Assembly: GCA_965203485.1 (NCBI GenBank)
Contig: OZ241892.1
Span: 3,168,001 to 3,232,000, forward strand
Origin: Longimicrobiales bacterium
GTDB lineage: Bacteria; Gemmatimonadota; Gemmatimonadetes; Longimicrobiales; Gaopeijiaceae
Length of the DNA stretch: 64,000 nucleotides
Direction: 5' to 3'
Shown: piece after piece, positions 31,235 through 41,616 of the stretch
How the letters are laid out: every line of letters begins with the position of its first letter
How positions within the stretch are numbered: position 1 is the stretch's first letter
Made by a program: the position numbers and the translations under genes
Notes under the pieces: model-generated
Database searches by the model: none
Told to the model about the DNA's origin: nothing
The model's input: the letters and a program-made list of their open reading frames with translations, nothing else

Positions 31235-32288
31235 AGGCCAGCTCGAGACTCTCGAGGACGGCGTCAACGACGGGGACGGCTACGGCGTTACCCGTCAATC
31301 TGCGAGCCACCGACACTTTTTCTGGTATCTCAAACGAGTCTGGAAAACCCTGCAACCGAAACATTTCCCGCTCCGTGAGCCTGCGCCGGCCGTCGACCAG
31401 CAAGTAGTTGTAGCTGGCTCCCGCTCGCAAGGCGCAAGAGAACGGATGACTAGAAACGTTGCCGCCCTTGTTCTCGTGCCATATGGCCGGCTGCTCGGCG
31501 GCGCAGTGCTTTGCGTATCGTGACCTCCGAATGGCCTTGGACGCCATGTGCTTGGGATCAGGGGATGGTTCGAGCAGATCGGCCAGTGGGCGCATCGGGA
31601 CACTCTTGGCGGGCCAAGGAAACTCCGCGAGCAACGGCTTGTCCATGGCCACAATGAACACTCGGCGCCGGTTCTGCGGCAAGCCGAAGTCCAAGGCGTT
31701 CAAGACTTTCCAGGCAATGTGATAGCCCATTCGGCGCAACGCGCCGCGAACCCATCTAAACGCTTCGCCCCGTCGATTGGTCACGAACTGCGGAACGTTC
31801 TCCAGCACAAGCGCCTTCGGCTTTTTGACACGAGCGATTCGCTCCACATGACCGAACAACGTCCCGCGAGCGTCGCCCATTCCCTTCTGCGTTCCGATGA
31901 TGCTGAACGGCTGGCACGGAAAGCCCGCGAACAGGATGTCGTGGTCGGGGACTTCCTGCGCGTCTATCTGGGCGATGTCGCCTGCCGGCTCGAGGCCGAA
32001 GTTGCGCTTGTACCATTCGGAGGCGACCGGGTCGAGTTCGGACGCGAACACCGGAGTCATCCCTCTGGCGGAGGCAGCCATGTGAAAGCCGCCGATTCCG
32101 CAAAACATGTCGGCGAACGTCTTCAGGGGGCGGGTGGTGCGTCGAAGTGGCGAAGTCTCCGGCGCACCCACCACATCTGCGCGTTCTCGCCGTCCGGCGC
32201 CGCCACGGATCGCTGCCGCCGGGCGAGGATGCTTCCGAGCATCGGTCACAGAGATTCGACGGTGCTGGTCGGCGCGTTTGTCCGTCAC
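31227..32288 (-). CDS. orphan C5 DNA cytosine methyltransferase
   Basis: Motifs FADMFCGIGG, AGFPCQPFS, LENV, QNRRRVF, RLTEREMFRLQGFP, GNAVAV; start uncertain. Confidence 0.9.
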   Translation of the reverse strand: MTDKRADQHRRISVTDARKHPRPAAAIRGGAGRRERADVVGAPETSPLRRTTRPLKTFADMFCGIGGFHMAASARGMTPVFASELDPVASEWYKRNFGLEPAGDIAQIDAQEVPDHDILFAGFPCQPFSIIGTQKGMGDARGTLFGHVERIARVKKPKALVLENVPQFVTNRRGEAFRWVRGALRRMGYHIAWKVLNALDFGLPQNRRRVFIVAMDKPLLAEFPWPAKSVPMRPLADLLEPSPDPKHMASKAIRRSRYAKHCAAEQPAIWHENKGGNVSSHPFSCALRAGASYNYLLVDGRRRLTEREMFRLQGFPDSFEIPEKVSVARRLTGNAVAVPVVDAVLESLELAYA

Positions 32289-32405
32289 GCGCTTCCTCGC
32301 CGACTGATCCGCAACATGCGTTCAAGTTAGCGCGTTTCGGCGGTCACCGAAACCGGCCCGCAATGGACCAATCGCGACAACTCTGCAGGGCCCAGCGGCC
32401 CGGCG

Positions 32406-33560
32406 CTACCACGCTCGCACCGCGTAGCCCACCGCGAGGCCCAGATAGGTTCCCACGGCGTACCCCAGCAGGCCCACGGCGACGCCGGGCAGCACCAAGT
32501 GGCGCCACTCCCGGGAGACCGCGACGGCCAACGCGCTGGACGGCCCGCCCACGGCCGCCTGCGAAGCCACGGCGATGGTCCCCACATCCAAGCGCAGCAA
32601 CTTGCCCGCCGCGAAGACGAAGACGCCATGGACGCCCACGACCAGGAGCGTGAAGAAGAGAACGGCGGGCCCGACGGCCGCGATCTCCGAGAACCGGGAC
32701 AGTATCCCGATCAGCACGAAGAAGAAGTGGAGGCTCACCGAGCCCAGCTGCATCGCGCCGGGCGCCTGCCGGTACCAGGGCGAGTGGCCGAGGACCAGCG
32801 CCAGGGTAGTCAGCCACAGGATCGCGGGCACGCCGGCGAGGCCGCCCAGCCATTCCGACGCCCACACCAAGGCAAGCCCCGCCGCGAAGATGTTGGCCGT
32901 GCCCACGGCCGACATCCTTTCGCTCACGAAGTAGGGATGGTGGCCGCGGGCGTCCTGCGGTTCCCGCGCAGGCGCGCGCGCCGCAGGAACCTGAGACTCG
33001 CCCGGCGGCATCGCGGGCGGAAAGAAGCGGCGAAGCCAAACGGGCAACGTCAGCGTGGCCGCCAGCCACAGGCCCGTGGCCAAGTTGTCCGCCGCCACGG
33101 CCCCGGCGAAGAGCGTGCCCGACAAGTCCACCGCCCGTCCGACGGACGCGAAGTTGAGCGAGCCGCCGGAGTAGGTGCCGGTCAAGGCCGCGGCAAGGCG
33201 CCAAGTGTCGTCTCCAAAGCGGCTCTCGTACACAGCGGCCGCCACGAAGGCACCCAGGACCGTGCCGACTACAGCGACGCCGAAGGCGGCGGCCGTCTTG
33301 GCACCCGCCTTCTTCAGGTCGCGCAAGTCCACGGACAGGAGGAGCCATGCAATGGCCAGAGAGGTCGCCACGCCGAGTATTCCGTCGTAGACCTCGGACG
33401 ACGCGGGCACCACTCCGGCATTCGACAAGACGGCGCCGAAGACGATGGCCATGAGCGAAGCGCCCACCTTGCCGAGGAGCGGAAAGCGGCGGTCCAGCCA
33501 GAAGGCGGCCGCCGCGGCGGCGGCGATCACCGCCGAAAGCGCCAGGGGCGACTGGATCAC
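32406..33560 (-). CDS. DUF819 family membrane protein
   Basis: Multi-TM; GTYSGGSLNF, ASQAAVGGPSSA, VGLLGYAVGTYLG. Confidence 0.82.
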   Translation of the reverse strand: MIQSPLALSAVIAAAAAAAFWLDRRFPLLGKVGASLMAIVFGAVLSNAGVVPASSEVYDGILGVATSLAIAWLLLSVDLRDLKKAGAKTAAAFGVAVVGTVLGAFVAAAVYESRFGDDTWRLAAALTGTYSGGSLNFASVGRAVDLSGTLFAGAVAADNLATGLWLAATLTLPVWLRRFFPPAMPPGESQVPAARAPAREPQDARGHHPYFVSERMSAVGTANIFAAGLALVWASEWLGGLAGVPAILWLTTLALVLGHSPWYRQAPGAMQLGSVSLHFFFVLIGILSRFSEIAAVGPAVLFFTLLVVGVHGVFVFAAGKLLRLDVGTIAVASQAAVGGPSSALAVAVSREWRHLVLPGVAVGLLGYAVGTYLGLAVGYAVRAW

Positions 33561-33572
33561 GTGGCTCCTCAG

Positions 33573-34568
33573 TCAGCCGGAACCCGACAGATGGGCCTCG
33601 GCCTCCGCCCGGAGACTCGGAAGCAGCGGCCCATGGCCGTCCGGCGGCGGGCCGTATTCGGAGAGCCCCGAAGCCGTCTCCTCGTCGTAGGCGTCCAGGA
33701 AGGCGCGGTAGTAGGTGGCCGTCTTCGCCGAGTCGCCCAGCAGCGCCGCCGCCTGCGCCGCCGCCGCCAGGCAGAGCAGGTGCGTGGGCCGCGCCGCCAG
33801 TCCCGCCTCGGCCACGGCCAGCGCCGCCGCCCCGTCGCCCGCCGCCGCATGGAGCAGCGACAGGTGAAAGCGGTCGTCCAGCGTCAGCGCGCCGATGCGG
33901 TCGTAGGAGGCGATCGCCATCGGCAGAAACAGTTCGGCCTGCCCTCGGTCGCCGCCCTCCACGGCCCCCATGACCCGGTTGAAGAGGCGGGTCGCGGCCT
34001 CCCTGGGGGTCATCGACGAGAGGTCGACCGCCGAAGTCGGCCCGAGCGCTGCGCCTCCCGCCGGCGAGGACGGGACAGGCCCCGGCGCCCCCGCGTCGCC
34101 GCCTCCCCCCCGTACGATCAGCACGAGCGCCAGGGCGAGGCTCAGAAACACCGCCGCGACCCAGCCGACCGCCCCCGCCAGCCGTCTTCCGTCCTCGGTC
34201 CCGCCGCCGCCAGCCGCGCCCCGTCCGACTCCCGAACTGGACGCCCCGCCTCGCGAGGAGGCCGCCTGGGCGGCGTAGCCGTCGCGCGCCAGCCGACGGC
34301 CCCGGCGCCCCCGCACACCGCGCCGCACCCCCGGCAACGCCGCTCCGCAATGCGTGCAGAACTGGTCCGCCCCGCCCGACTCCGCGCCGCACGCCGGGCA
34401 GGCGGGCCCGCGCATGCCCCCCCCGCAGGCCGGACAGAAATTGGCCTCCGGCGGCGGCTCCGCTCCGCAATGGGGACAGCCCGCCCGCCCGGCCGCGGTC
34501 ACGCCCGCCGTCGCGTCGCCGGGACGGGCCGCAGGGCCGCAGCGTGGAGGTCGTCCGCCCCCAAGCAC
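33573..34568 (-). CDS. double zinc-ribbon membrane protein with TPR-like C-terminus
   Basis: CPHCG..NFCPACG..CPACG..FCTHCG, TM segment, helical tail; start uncertain. Confidence 0.7.
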   Translation of the reverse strand: MLGGGRPPRCGPAARPGDATAGVTAAGRAGCPHCGAEPPPEANFCPACGGGMRGPACPACGAESGGADQFCTHCGAALPGVRRGVRGRRGRRLARDGYAAQAASSRGGASSSGVGRGAAGGGGTEDGRRLAGAVGWVAAVFLSLALALVLIVRGGGGDAGAPGPVPSSPAGGAALGPTSAVDLSSMTPREAATRLFNRVMGAVEGGDRGQAELFLPMAIASYDRIGALTLDDRFHLSLLHAAAGDGAAALAVAEAGLAARPTHLLCLAAAAQAAALLGDSAKTATYYRAFLDAYDEETASGLSEYGPPPDGHGPLLPSLRAEAEAHLSGSG

Positions 34569-34617
34569 CGCGCCCCGCCGAAGCCGCGGCGAGGGCCGGC
34601 GAACCGGCCTTCCGTCT

Positions 34618-36918
34618 TCACCCCACCAGCCTGCCGCCCGTCACCGCGTCGAAGAACAGCGGCCAGGTCACGATGCTCTGCCCCCGGTAGTTGGGCTGAA
34701 AGCCGAACAGGATCGCCTCGCCCCGGCCCACGCTCGCCCGCAACAGCGCGGGGCGGCCCGCCAGCTTCTCCGGCCCGAGCACCCAGCCCGCCACGACCGG
34801 ATCCGCCCCGTAGCGCCCGATCACGCTCACGCGGTCGTCGTCGACCGCGAACGCGCGGCTGCTCCGCCAGTACCAGACAGGCGTCCAGCCGTCGTAGGCC
34901 GCCGTGAGCGCGTCCGCCTCCAAGTCCACCCTGAGCAACGAGCCCGGAACGTAGAAGTCGGCGCTCTCGAGGCCGGCCACCGCGTTCGTCACCCCGAGTC
35001 CGAAGAGCTCCGCCGCGAACTCGGTCGCCTGCTCGACCGCCACCAGCCGCCCGCCCGCTTCGACGAACTCGCGCACGGCCTCGCGGCCCGCGTCGCCCAG
35101 CCCGCCCACGTACTCGTCCGGCAACGAGCCCGGCCGGTGTCCCCGGCCAATCGACGCGCTCGACTGGCTCTGGAAGAGCAGCACGTCGTAGTCCGCGTTC
35201 AGTCCGCCGGCCCTCATGCGGGCGTCGTGAAGCGTGTCGTAGCGCACGCCGTGCGCGTCCAGCAACCAGCGCGTCCATCCCGCCGGCATCGTCTCCTGCC
35301 AGCCCTTGTACACGCCGATTCGGATCCTCTCGGACGCCGCGGCGACGGCCGGATCGTAGCGCACCTCGACGACCTCGACCGGATCGCTCGTGGGCACCGG
35401 CGGCTCCGCCTCCAGCGCGAACGCATCCACTCCCATCAGAAGCGGCAGCCGGTGCGCCGTCACGTCGTAGGGCCGCTTCGGCGGCCCCCCGGGGAACTGC
35501 CGCAGGTCCGGGTACTCCTGCTCGGCGAGCAGGGCCTGGGCGAACGCCGCGTTGGGCTGCTTCATCAGGACGACGTGCGACCCCGCCGGAACCGTCGCGC
35601 CGCCCGCCTCGAACGCCTCCAGCGTCCGGCGCACCTCCACCGCGCCCATCGTCAGGATCCGCAGCACGCTCTCGAGCCCGACGCGGTTCTCCTGCCCGGC
35701 CGGCAGCGCCCAGGCGGCGGGCCAGGCGTCCCATCCCCGCACGGCGCGTTCGCTCACGGCCGCGTAGTTCTCCAGCCAGAACCGCCGGTTGCGGGCCGCG
35801 TTCGCCAGAAGCGCCATCGCGCCCGAGAACTGGTACTCCACGATGTCGGCCAAGCCCCAGTCGCCGCCCTCCCACGGCCACGGGAAGTTCCACGTCCTCT
35901 CGGACGCGTCGTACTCGCGCCCGCCCCGCACCTGCCCGGCCGGAACCGCGACCGACGACGCCAGCCTCGCCGACGCAGTCTCGCTCAGGATGCGCACGCC
36001 GCCGTGGTAGTGCATGTACGCCCGGCCCGGATGAAACCCGTCGTAGATGGCGTTGATCACGACGCCCCGCTTGCCCTGCGAAGTCAGCTCCGCGGCCATG
36101 TAGGCGCCCAGCTGGTTGCCTGCCGCGACCAGTCCGGGATCGACGTTGGGCTCGATCGGGTCGATGTACGGCGGAAAGAAGATCCTCGCCCCGCCGCCGC
36201 CCATCTGGTGGATGTCGTGCACGATCTGGGGACGCCAGGCGTTCTGCGCGGCCACGGTGTGCTGCGTCTCCTTCAGGTAGAAGGTGTACCAGTCCCGGTT
36301 GTTGTCGTGGCCGGTGTAGAAGTGGTACAGCCAGGGCGGCGCGCGGCCGTCGAAGTCCGTTCCGCGGTGCTCGTCGTAGAAGTCGTTGACCCACTGCGTC
36401 CCGTCCGGATTGAGCGACGGAATCTGGAGCACGACGACTTGGTCGAGGATCCGAAGGACGTCCGCTTCGGCGGATGACGCCAAGTGATGCGCCAGCCGCG
36501 CGGCCACCTGCGCGCTGCCGACTTCGGTGGAGTGGATCGCGTGGGTGATCATGGCCACGACGCGGCCGTCCTCGAGCAGCCGATCGAGCTCCTCGGGGGC
36601 GTCGACCGTCCTGGGATCGCCCAGGCGGCGCTGCATCCGCCGCAGCTCCTCCAAGCGCGCGTGGTTGGCCGGACTGGTGATCGTCAGCATCACGAAGGGC
36701 CGGCCCTTGGTCGTCGCCCCCAGCGTGTCCACCGCGACCCGGTCGCTCGCGGCGGCCAAGGCGTCGTAGTAGGAGGACAGGGCGTCCCAGTCGGCGAGGC
36801 GGCCGGGCGTGCCCGGTTCGAAGCCGAAGTGGTCGCTGGGAGACGGGACCTGGGCTTGTCCGCGAATCGGGAGCGCGGCGCAGCAGACGGCCAGCACGGC
36901 GGCGAGCGAGGGACGCAT
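34618..36918 (-). CDS. M14 zinc carboxypeptidase family protein
   Basis: Signal peptide from ATG 36918 (AGGAG SD); IHSTE, PSLNPDG, GHDNNRDW, HDIHQMG. Confidence 0.88.
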   Translation of the reverse strand: MRPSLAAVLAVCCAALPIRGQAQVPSPSDHFGFEPGTPGRLADWDALSSYYDALAAASDRVAVDTLGATTKGRPFVMLTITSPANHARLEELRRMQRRLGDPRTVDAPEELDRLLEDGRVVAMITHAIHSTEVGSAQVAARLAHHLASSAEADVLRILDQVVVLQIPSLNPDGTQWVNDFYDEHRGTDFDGRAPPWLYHFYTGHDNNRDWYTFYLKETQHTVAAQNAWRPQIVHDIHQMGGGGARIFFPPYIDPIEPNVDPGLVAAGNQLGAYMAAELTSQGKRGVVINAIYDGFHPGRAYMHYHGGVRILSETASARLASSVAVPAGQVRGGREYDASERTWNFPWPWEGGDWGLADIVEYQFSGAMALLANAARNRRFWLENYAAVSERAVRGWDAWPAAWALPAGQENRVGLESVLRILTMGAVEVRRTLEAFEAGGATVPAGSHVVLMKQPNAAFAQALLAEQEYPDLRQFPGGPPKRPYDVTAHRLPLLMGVDAFALEAEPPVPTSDPVEVVEVRYDPAVAAASERIRIGVYKGWQETMPAGWTRWLLDAHGVRYDTLHDARMRAGGLNADYDVLLFQSQSSASIGRGHRPGSLPDEYVGGLGDAGREAVREFVEAGGRLVAVEQATEFAAELFGLGVTNAVAGLESADFYVPGSLLRVDLEADALTAAYDGWTPVWYWRSSRAFAVDDDRVSVIGRYGADPVVAGWVLGPEKLAGRPALLRASVGRGEAILFGFQPNYRGQSIVTWPLFFDAVTGGRLVG

Positions 36919-36980
36919 GGGGCTTCTCCTGGGGGTGCGGGTTCGGGGAGCGGGAACAGACGGCGGGGCGAGCGGCTGCT

Positions 36981-37745
36981 TCAGAGGCCCGTCGGCGAGT
37001 CGACGAACCACGTCTCGACGGGGAAGCGGTCGCGCAACAGGCCGGCCACCGCCTTGACGCCCCACGTTTCGGTTGCGTAGTGCCCGCCGAGAAGAACGGT
37101 GACGCCGAGCTCGGCCGCTTCGACCGCGTGGTGGTGCGCGGCCTCGCCCGTCACCAGGGCGTCCAGGCCGCAAGCCGCGGCCTCGCCGAGCGCGGAGGCG
37201 CCCGCGCCCGTCACGACGCCCGCGCCGGCGATCGTCCCGGGTCCGCCCGGCAGGACCTGCACCGCGCCGCCGGTCGCGCCGGCGAGGCGGTCGGCCAAGG
37301 CGTCGGCGGACAGCGAAACGGCGCCCTTCCAGCCGACGTTGGCGCCCTCGTAGCGGCCGAACGGCTCCAGCGCCTCGAATCCGAGCCGGCGGGCCAGAAC
37401 GGCGGCGTTGCCCACTTCGGCGTGCGCGTCGAGGGGAAGATGCGCGCTGTAGAGGGCGGTTCCGCTCTCGACCAGCGTCCGGATCCGCTCGTACCGATAG
37501 CCCGTGAGCGGCTGCGGGCCGCCCCAGAACAGGCCGTGGTGCACTACGAGCAGGTCGGCGCCCGCGTCGGCGGCCTCGCGAATCACGGCGGTGCTCGCGT
37601 CCACCGCTGCGGCCACGCGCTCCACGGGCCCCGCCGCTTCGACCTGCAGGCCATTCAGGGCGCCCGGATAGTCGGGCGTGCCTGCCACGTCCAGGTACTC
37701 GTCGAGAAAGGCGGCCACCTCCGCCAGCGGCGCTCCCCGCGACAA
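36981..37745 (-). CDS. Nif3-like dinuclear metal centre protein
   Basis: NGLQVE, LLVVHHGLFW, YSAHLPLDAHAEVGN, GGHYATETWG. Confidence 0.92.
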   Translation of the reverse strand: MSRGAPLAEVAAFLDEYLDVAGTPDYPGALNGLQVEAAGPVERVAAAVDASTAVIREAADAGADLLVVHHGLFWGGPQPLTGYRYERIRTLVESGTALYSAHLPLDAHAEVGNAAVLARRLGFEALEPFGRYEGANVGWKGAVSLSADALADRLAGATGGAVQVLPGGPGTIAGAGVVTGAGASALGEAAACGLDALVTGEAAHHHAVEAAELGVTVLLGGHYATETWGVKAVAGLLRDRFPVETWFVDSPTGL

Positions 37746-37750
37746 CGACG

Positions 37751-38236
37751 TCAGCCCACCGCCGCGGTGCGCGCCCGCTTATGCCCCGCGGGCAACCGCG
37801 ATCCGGCCGTCTTGCCCTCGGGGGCCTTGGCGGCCGAGGGACCTCCGCCCCGCATCCCCTCCACCGCCTGCGGCGACCGCGTGGTCTCCCCAATCTTGAT
37901 CGCGCCGTTGATCTTGCCGCCCTCCTCGAGCTGCAGCAGGCCCGCGTAAAGCTCTCCCTCGACGATCCCCGTGGCATGGAACTCGAGCCGCGCCTCGACC
38001 CGCACGACGCCGTTGACGGTCCCGGCGACGACGCCGTCCCGGCTGGTGACGTCGCCGTTCACGCAGGCGCCCTTGCCGACCACCACCGACTTGTCCGACT
38101 GGATCGTTCCGTCGACGACGCCCTCGATGCGGATGGATCCCGTCGACTTGCAGTCTCCCACGACGGTCATGCCCGGTCCGACGATGGATATGACTCTCTC
38201 TTCGTCCTGCTCCTTGCTGAAGCGGCTCCTGGCCAT
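37751..38236 (-). CDS. bactofilin (polymer-forming cytoskeletal protein)
   Basis: ISIVGPGMTVVGD..G.IRIEG.V.GTI...VVVG..A.VNGDV repeats. Confidence 0.88.
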   Translation of the reverse strand: MARSRFSKEQDEERVISIVGPGMTVVGDCKSTGSIRIEGVVDGTIQSDKSVVVGKGACVNGDVTSRDGVVAGTVNGVVRVEARLEFHATGIVEGELYAGLLQLEEGGKINGAIKIGETTRSPQAVEGMRGGGPSAAKAPEGKTAGSRLPAGHKRARTAAVG

Positions 38237-38266
38237 GTTCTTCGCGCTTTCTCTTGGTTGCGCCCG

Positions 38267-39043
38267 TCAGGGCGGCGTGACCAGCGTCAACGGATCGATC
38301 GGGCGTCCGCTCCGAAGTATCTCGAAGTGAAGATGGGCCGCGGTGGACCGCCCCGTCGAGCCCGACATGGCGATCACTTCGCCCCGGCGCACGCGCGAGC
38401 CCGTCTCGACCACCAGAAGGGAGGCGTGCCCGTACAAGCTGTGCAACCCGTCTCCGTGATCGATGCGGACGAAGAGGCCGTACACCGAGTCCTCCGCGGC
38501 CTCGATCACTTCGCCGGCTCCCGCCGCCCGAATGTACGAGTCGGTCGGAACGGCGATGTCGATCCCCGGGTGCGCGCCGTCGCCGCCGTCCAGCAAGGAC
38601 TGCGTCACGAAGCCCGGCGTCGCAAGGGGCCACGCCGACGGTACCGTGCTCGCGTCTCCTTCGCCGGCCGCCGGGCTCGGAGCTGCCGGCGGCGACACCT
38701 GCCAGAGGCGGACCTCCGGCGGGTCGACGTGGCCGAACAAAATACGAAACTGCTCCACCTGGCGCTCCAGATCGACGAAGCGGGCGGCCAGCTCCTGGAC
38801 CTCGGGCTGGCTGGCCGCCAGCGAGTCCACCTGCCGGGCCAGCACGGAAGCATGGGAGGCCCGGCGGTACAGCGGCCACCAGCTGAAGAGGGTCGCCGCG
38901 AACAGAACCAGACCCAGCGCGAAGGCCGCGACCAGCGTCCGCATCCACGCGTACGACATCTCCAGCGTCCGCGCGCGGCCCTCGCCCCCGGGGACCAGGA
39001 CGATCGACATCCGGCGGCCCCTGCGGTTCCGGCGATCGCTCAT
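38267..39043 (-). CDS. M23 family metallopeptidase
   Basis: HPGIDIA, YGHAS, GSTGRSTAAHLHFEI. Confidence 0.9.
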   Translation of the reverse strand: MSDRRNRRGRRMSIVLVPGGEGRARTLEMSYAWMRTLVAAFALGLVLFAATLFSWWPLYRRASHASVLARQVDSLAASQPEVQELAARFVDLERQVEQFRILFGHVDPPEVRLWQVSPPAAPSPAAGEGDASTVPSAWPLATPGFVTQSLLDGGDGAHPGIDIAVPTDSYIRAAGAGEVIEAAEDSVYGLFVRIDHGDGLHSLYGHASLLVVETGSRVRRGEVIAMSGSTGRSTAAHLHFEILRSGRPIDPLTLVTPP

Positions 39044-39199
39044 CGCGCCTCCAGGCCGGACGGCCCGCGGGCGGCGTCACGGCCGCCCGATCCGCCGCGT
39101 GTCCGCCCGTCGCCACCATGGTGGTCCGGTCTCTCCGCAGCTCCCACGGCGCCCCGTCCAGCAACGCGGCCGCCGTTGCGGGCCGGATCCGAGCGGGCG

Positions 39200-40099
39200 T
39201 CAGCCGACGACATCGCCGGCCGGCCTTCCCGTCAACGCCTCGAAGACGCGCTCGAGGTCCTCGGCCCCGTGGAACCGAATGCGCACGTCGCCCCGGCCTC
39301 GTCCCTTCCAACGGATCGCGACGCGCGTCGCAAGGCGCTCCGCGAGCGCTTCCTCCATGGCGGCGAGCGCCGGGTCCGGACGCTTGCGGGCGGACTTGCC
39401 TGCGCCCCGAGCCTTCGCCGGAGCGGCTCCGCGGACCTGCGCCTCGGTGTCCCGGACCGACCAGCCTTCACTCGCGGCCCGCTTCGCCAGCGCGTGCGCT
39501 TGAGCCGGATCGTCCACCGCCAGCAGGGCGCGCGCGTGGCCCTTGGAGAGCTCGCCGGCCTCCACCATTTCCCGAACGGCCGGCGGAAGGCCCAGCAGGC
39601 GAAGCGTGTTGGCCACGGCCGAACGGCTCTTGCCCACCGCTTCGGCTATCTCTCCCTGCGTCAGGCCGAAGTCGTCCCTGAGCGCGCCGTAGCCGTTCGC
39701 CTCGTCGATCGGGCCCAGGTCCTGCCGCTGGATGTTCTCCACCAGGGCCATGACCAGCAGGGTTCGGTCGTCGACCCGGCGGACGATGGCGGTGATCTCG
39801 GTCCATCCCAGTTGCTTCGCGGCCCGCAGGCGGCGCTCTCCGGCGACGAGCTGGTAGTCCGCTTCGCCGGGCGCGCTTCTGACGACGACCGGCTGGATCA
39901 GGCCGTTCGCTTCGAGCGAGGCGGCGAGCTCCGACAGTTCGTCGGCGCCGAAGTCCGCGCGCGGCTGGTAGGGGTTGCGGCCTATCGCCGAGACGGGGAG
40001 CGACCGCGGGCCGTCTCCCGCGGCGGCGTCCGGGGGATCGCCCATGTACTCGCCGATGAGGGCGCCGATGCCGCGGCCCAGGCGGTCGGGCTTGCTCAT
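39200..40099 (-). CDS. parB: chromosome partitioning protein ParB
   Basis: RLGRGIGALI, NPYQPR, GLIQPVVV, VAGERRLRA, ENIQRQDL, HTH. Confidence 0.95.
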   Translation of the reverse strand: MSKPDRLGRGIGALIGEYMGDPPDAAAGDGPRSLPVSAIGRNPYQPRADFGADELSELAASLEANGLIQPVVVRSAPGEADYQLVAGERRLRAAKQLGWTEITAIVRRVDDRTLLVMALVENIQRQDLGPIDEANGYGALRDDFGLTQGEIAEAVGKSRSAVANTLRLLGLPPAVREMVEAGELSKGHARALLAVDDPAQAHALAKRAASEGWSVRDTEAQVRGAAPAKARGAGKSARKRPDPALAAMEEALAERLATRVAIRWKGRGRGDVRIRFHGAEDLERVFEALTGRPAGDVVG

Positions 40100-40908
40100 C
40101 GCTTCCCCTCTCCGTTGACGGCGGCGCGCGCTTGGGCGCGACGGGCCTGCAGCTCCCGCGCCAAGGCCACGTACGCTTGCGCACCGGCCGATTCCGGATC
40201 GTAGTCGAGCACGGACTTGCCGAAGGACGGCGCTTCGGCGATGCTCACGTTGCGCGGGATCATGGTCCGAAACACATCGAAGTCCTCCCTTCCCCGGGCA
40301 TGGCCCTTCGCGTCGGCGACGATCTGGCGGGCCAGCCTCAGCCGACTGTCGTGCATCGTCAGCAGCACCCCTTCGATCTCCAAGCCCGGGTTCAGGCGCC
40401 GGCGCACCAGCTCGACCGTGCTCATGAGCTGAGCCACTCCTTCAAGAGCATAGTACTCGCATTGGATGGGGACGATGAGCGAGTCGGCGGCCGCGAAGGC
40501 GTTGAGAGTAAGGAGGCCCAGGGAGGGCGGACAGTCCACTAGCACGAACGCGTAGTCGCCCGTGACGGGGCCGAGCGCCCCTCGCAAGATCGTTTCCCGG
40601 TCGCGCACGCCGACGAGTTCGAGCTCGGCCCCGACCAAGTCGCGGTTCGCGGGAACCACTTCCAAGTTGGCGTCCGGGGCCGCTCGGTGTATCGCGCGAA
40701 AGACGGGCAGGCCGCGAATCAGCACGTCGTAGGTGGATGGCCGGCGGTTCCTGTCGACGATTCCCAAGCCGCTCGACGCGTTCCCCTGCGGATCGTTGTC
40801 CACCAGCAACACGCGCGCGCCCTCCTTGGCGAGAGCGGCACTCAGGTTGACGGCGGTCGTCGTCTTGCCGACCCCGCCCTTCTGGTTGGCGACCGCGATG
40901 ATGCGCAA
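40096..40908 (-). CDS. parA: chromosome partitioning ATPase ParA/Soj
   Basis: IAVANQKGGVGKTTTAVN, DPQGNASSG, DCPPSLG, PIQCEYYALEG; TTG start inferred at 40908. Confidence 0.95.
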   Translation of the reverse strand: MRIIAVANQKGGVGKTTTAVNLSAALAKEGARVLLVDNDPQGNASSGLGIVDRNRRPSTYDVLIRGLPVFRAIHRAAPDANLEVVPANRDLVGAELELVGVRDRETILRGALGPVTGDYAFVLVDCPPSLGLLTLNAFAAADSLIVPIQCEYYALEGVAQLMSTVELVRRRLNPGLEIEGVLLTMHDSRLRLARQIVADAKGHARGREDFDVFRTMIPRNVSIAEAPSFGKSVLDYDPESAGAQAYVALARELQARRAQARAAVNGEGKR

Positions 40909-41456
40909 CGAGCCTGCCCAGCGATTGGAGAATCCCAGATGAAGCCGGCGGCGTCCCCTGCCCCACCGGCGCCAGTGCATCGAAAGGTATTGCGGGTTGG
41001 CCTGCCCCGGCCAACTCGGCGGGCGGCGAGATGCGGCTACGCTCGCGGTCACGGCGGCCGGCGTTGGTTCGTTGGCCGACGCACGTAGTCGTTGGACGCC
41101 CAGCGCGTCCCCCTGCAGCTCGAAGGCCAGTTCTCCGGTTGTGCCTGCGGGCCGCCCGCGTCCCAAGTCGGCGTTCGTGAGGTCTTGGAGCGCCTACGGT
41201 CCAGGTTGGGGGAACCGGGGGGCATGTTGCAACTGGCCGGACGGCGCCGCCTGCGTTTGGCGACTGGCGCCCGGTCGGGCTTCGGACCGGTGCGCGCCGA
41301 TGGGCCGTCTTCAAGGTGCGATCCGCCCGGCCCCAAGTCCGCCCCGTCCGCCGATCGACACGGCGTTGCGATCGCTCGACCCAACGACATGGCCGGCCCA
41401 GCCCCCCCGCTCTCTCCAGTAGTCCCGCCGACACGTCAGTCAAGCCGCGCCGTCGC

Positions 41457-41472
41457 TGTTTCACGTGAAACA
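41457..41472. promoter_or_regulatory. parS centromere site
   Basis: Perfect palindrome TGTTTCACGTGAAACA. Confidence 0.92.
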
Positions 41473-41616
41473 GTTCCCTTCTGCGCCCCCAAGCGTCCAG
41501 CGAAGGCGGCTGCTCGTTCTTCGTTCATAAGAATCATGCTGTTGCGCGAGCACGCACGTGCGTGGCGTTGCGGACCTTGTCACGTGATCCTTCCTTGGAA
41601 ACCTGCGGCAGGCCCT

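Noticed and set aside
34618..37977. 1119-aa M14 peptidase with a long N-terminal extension
   Set aside because: The extension overlaps the Nif3 gene in another frame; the real start with SD and signal peptide is at 36918
40910..41456. Long non-coding region upstream of parA as a structured RNA
   Set aside because: Only short GC-rich hairpins; no recognisable RNA family motif
41577..41592. Third parS-like sequence TTGTCACGTGATCC
   Set aside because: Only the TCACGTGA core matches; the arms deviate from the consensus
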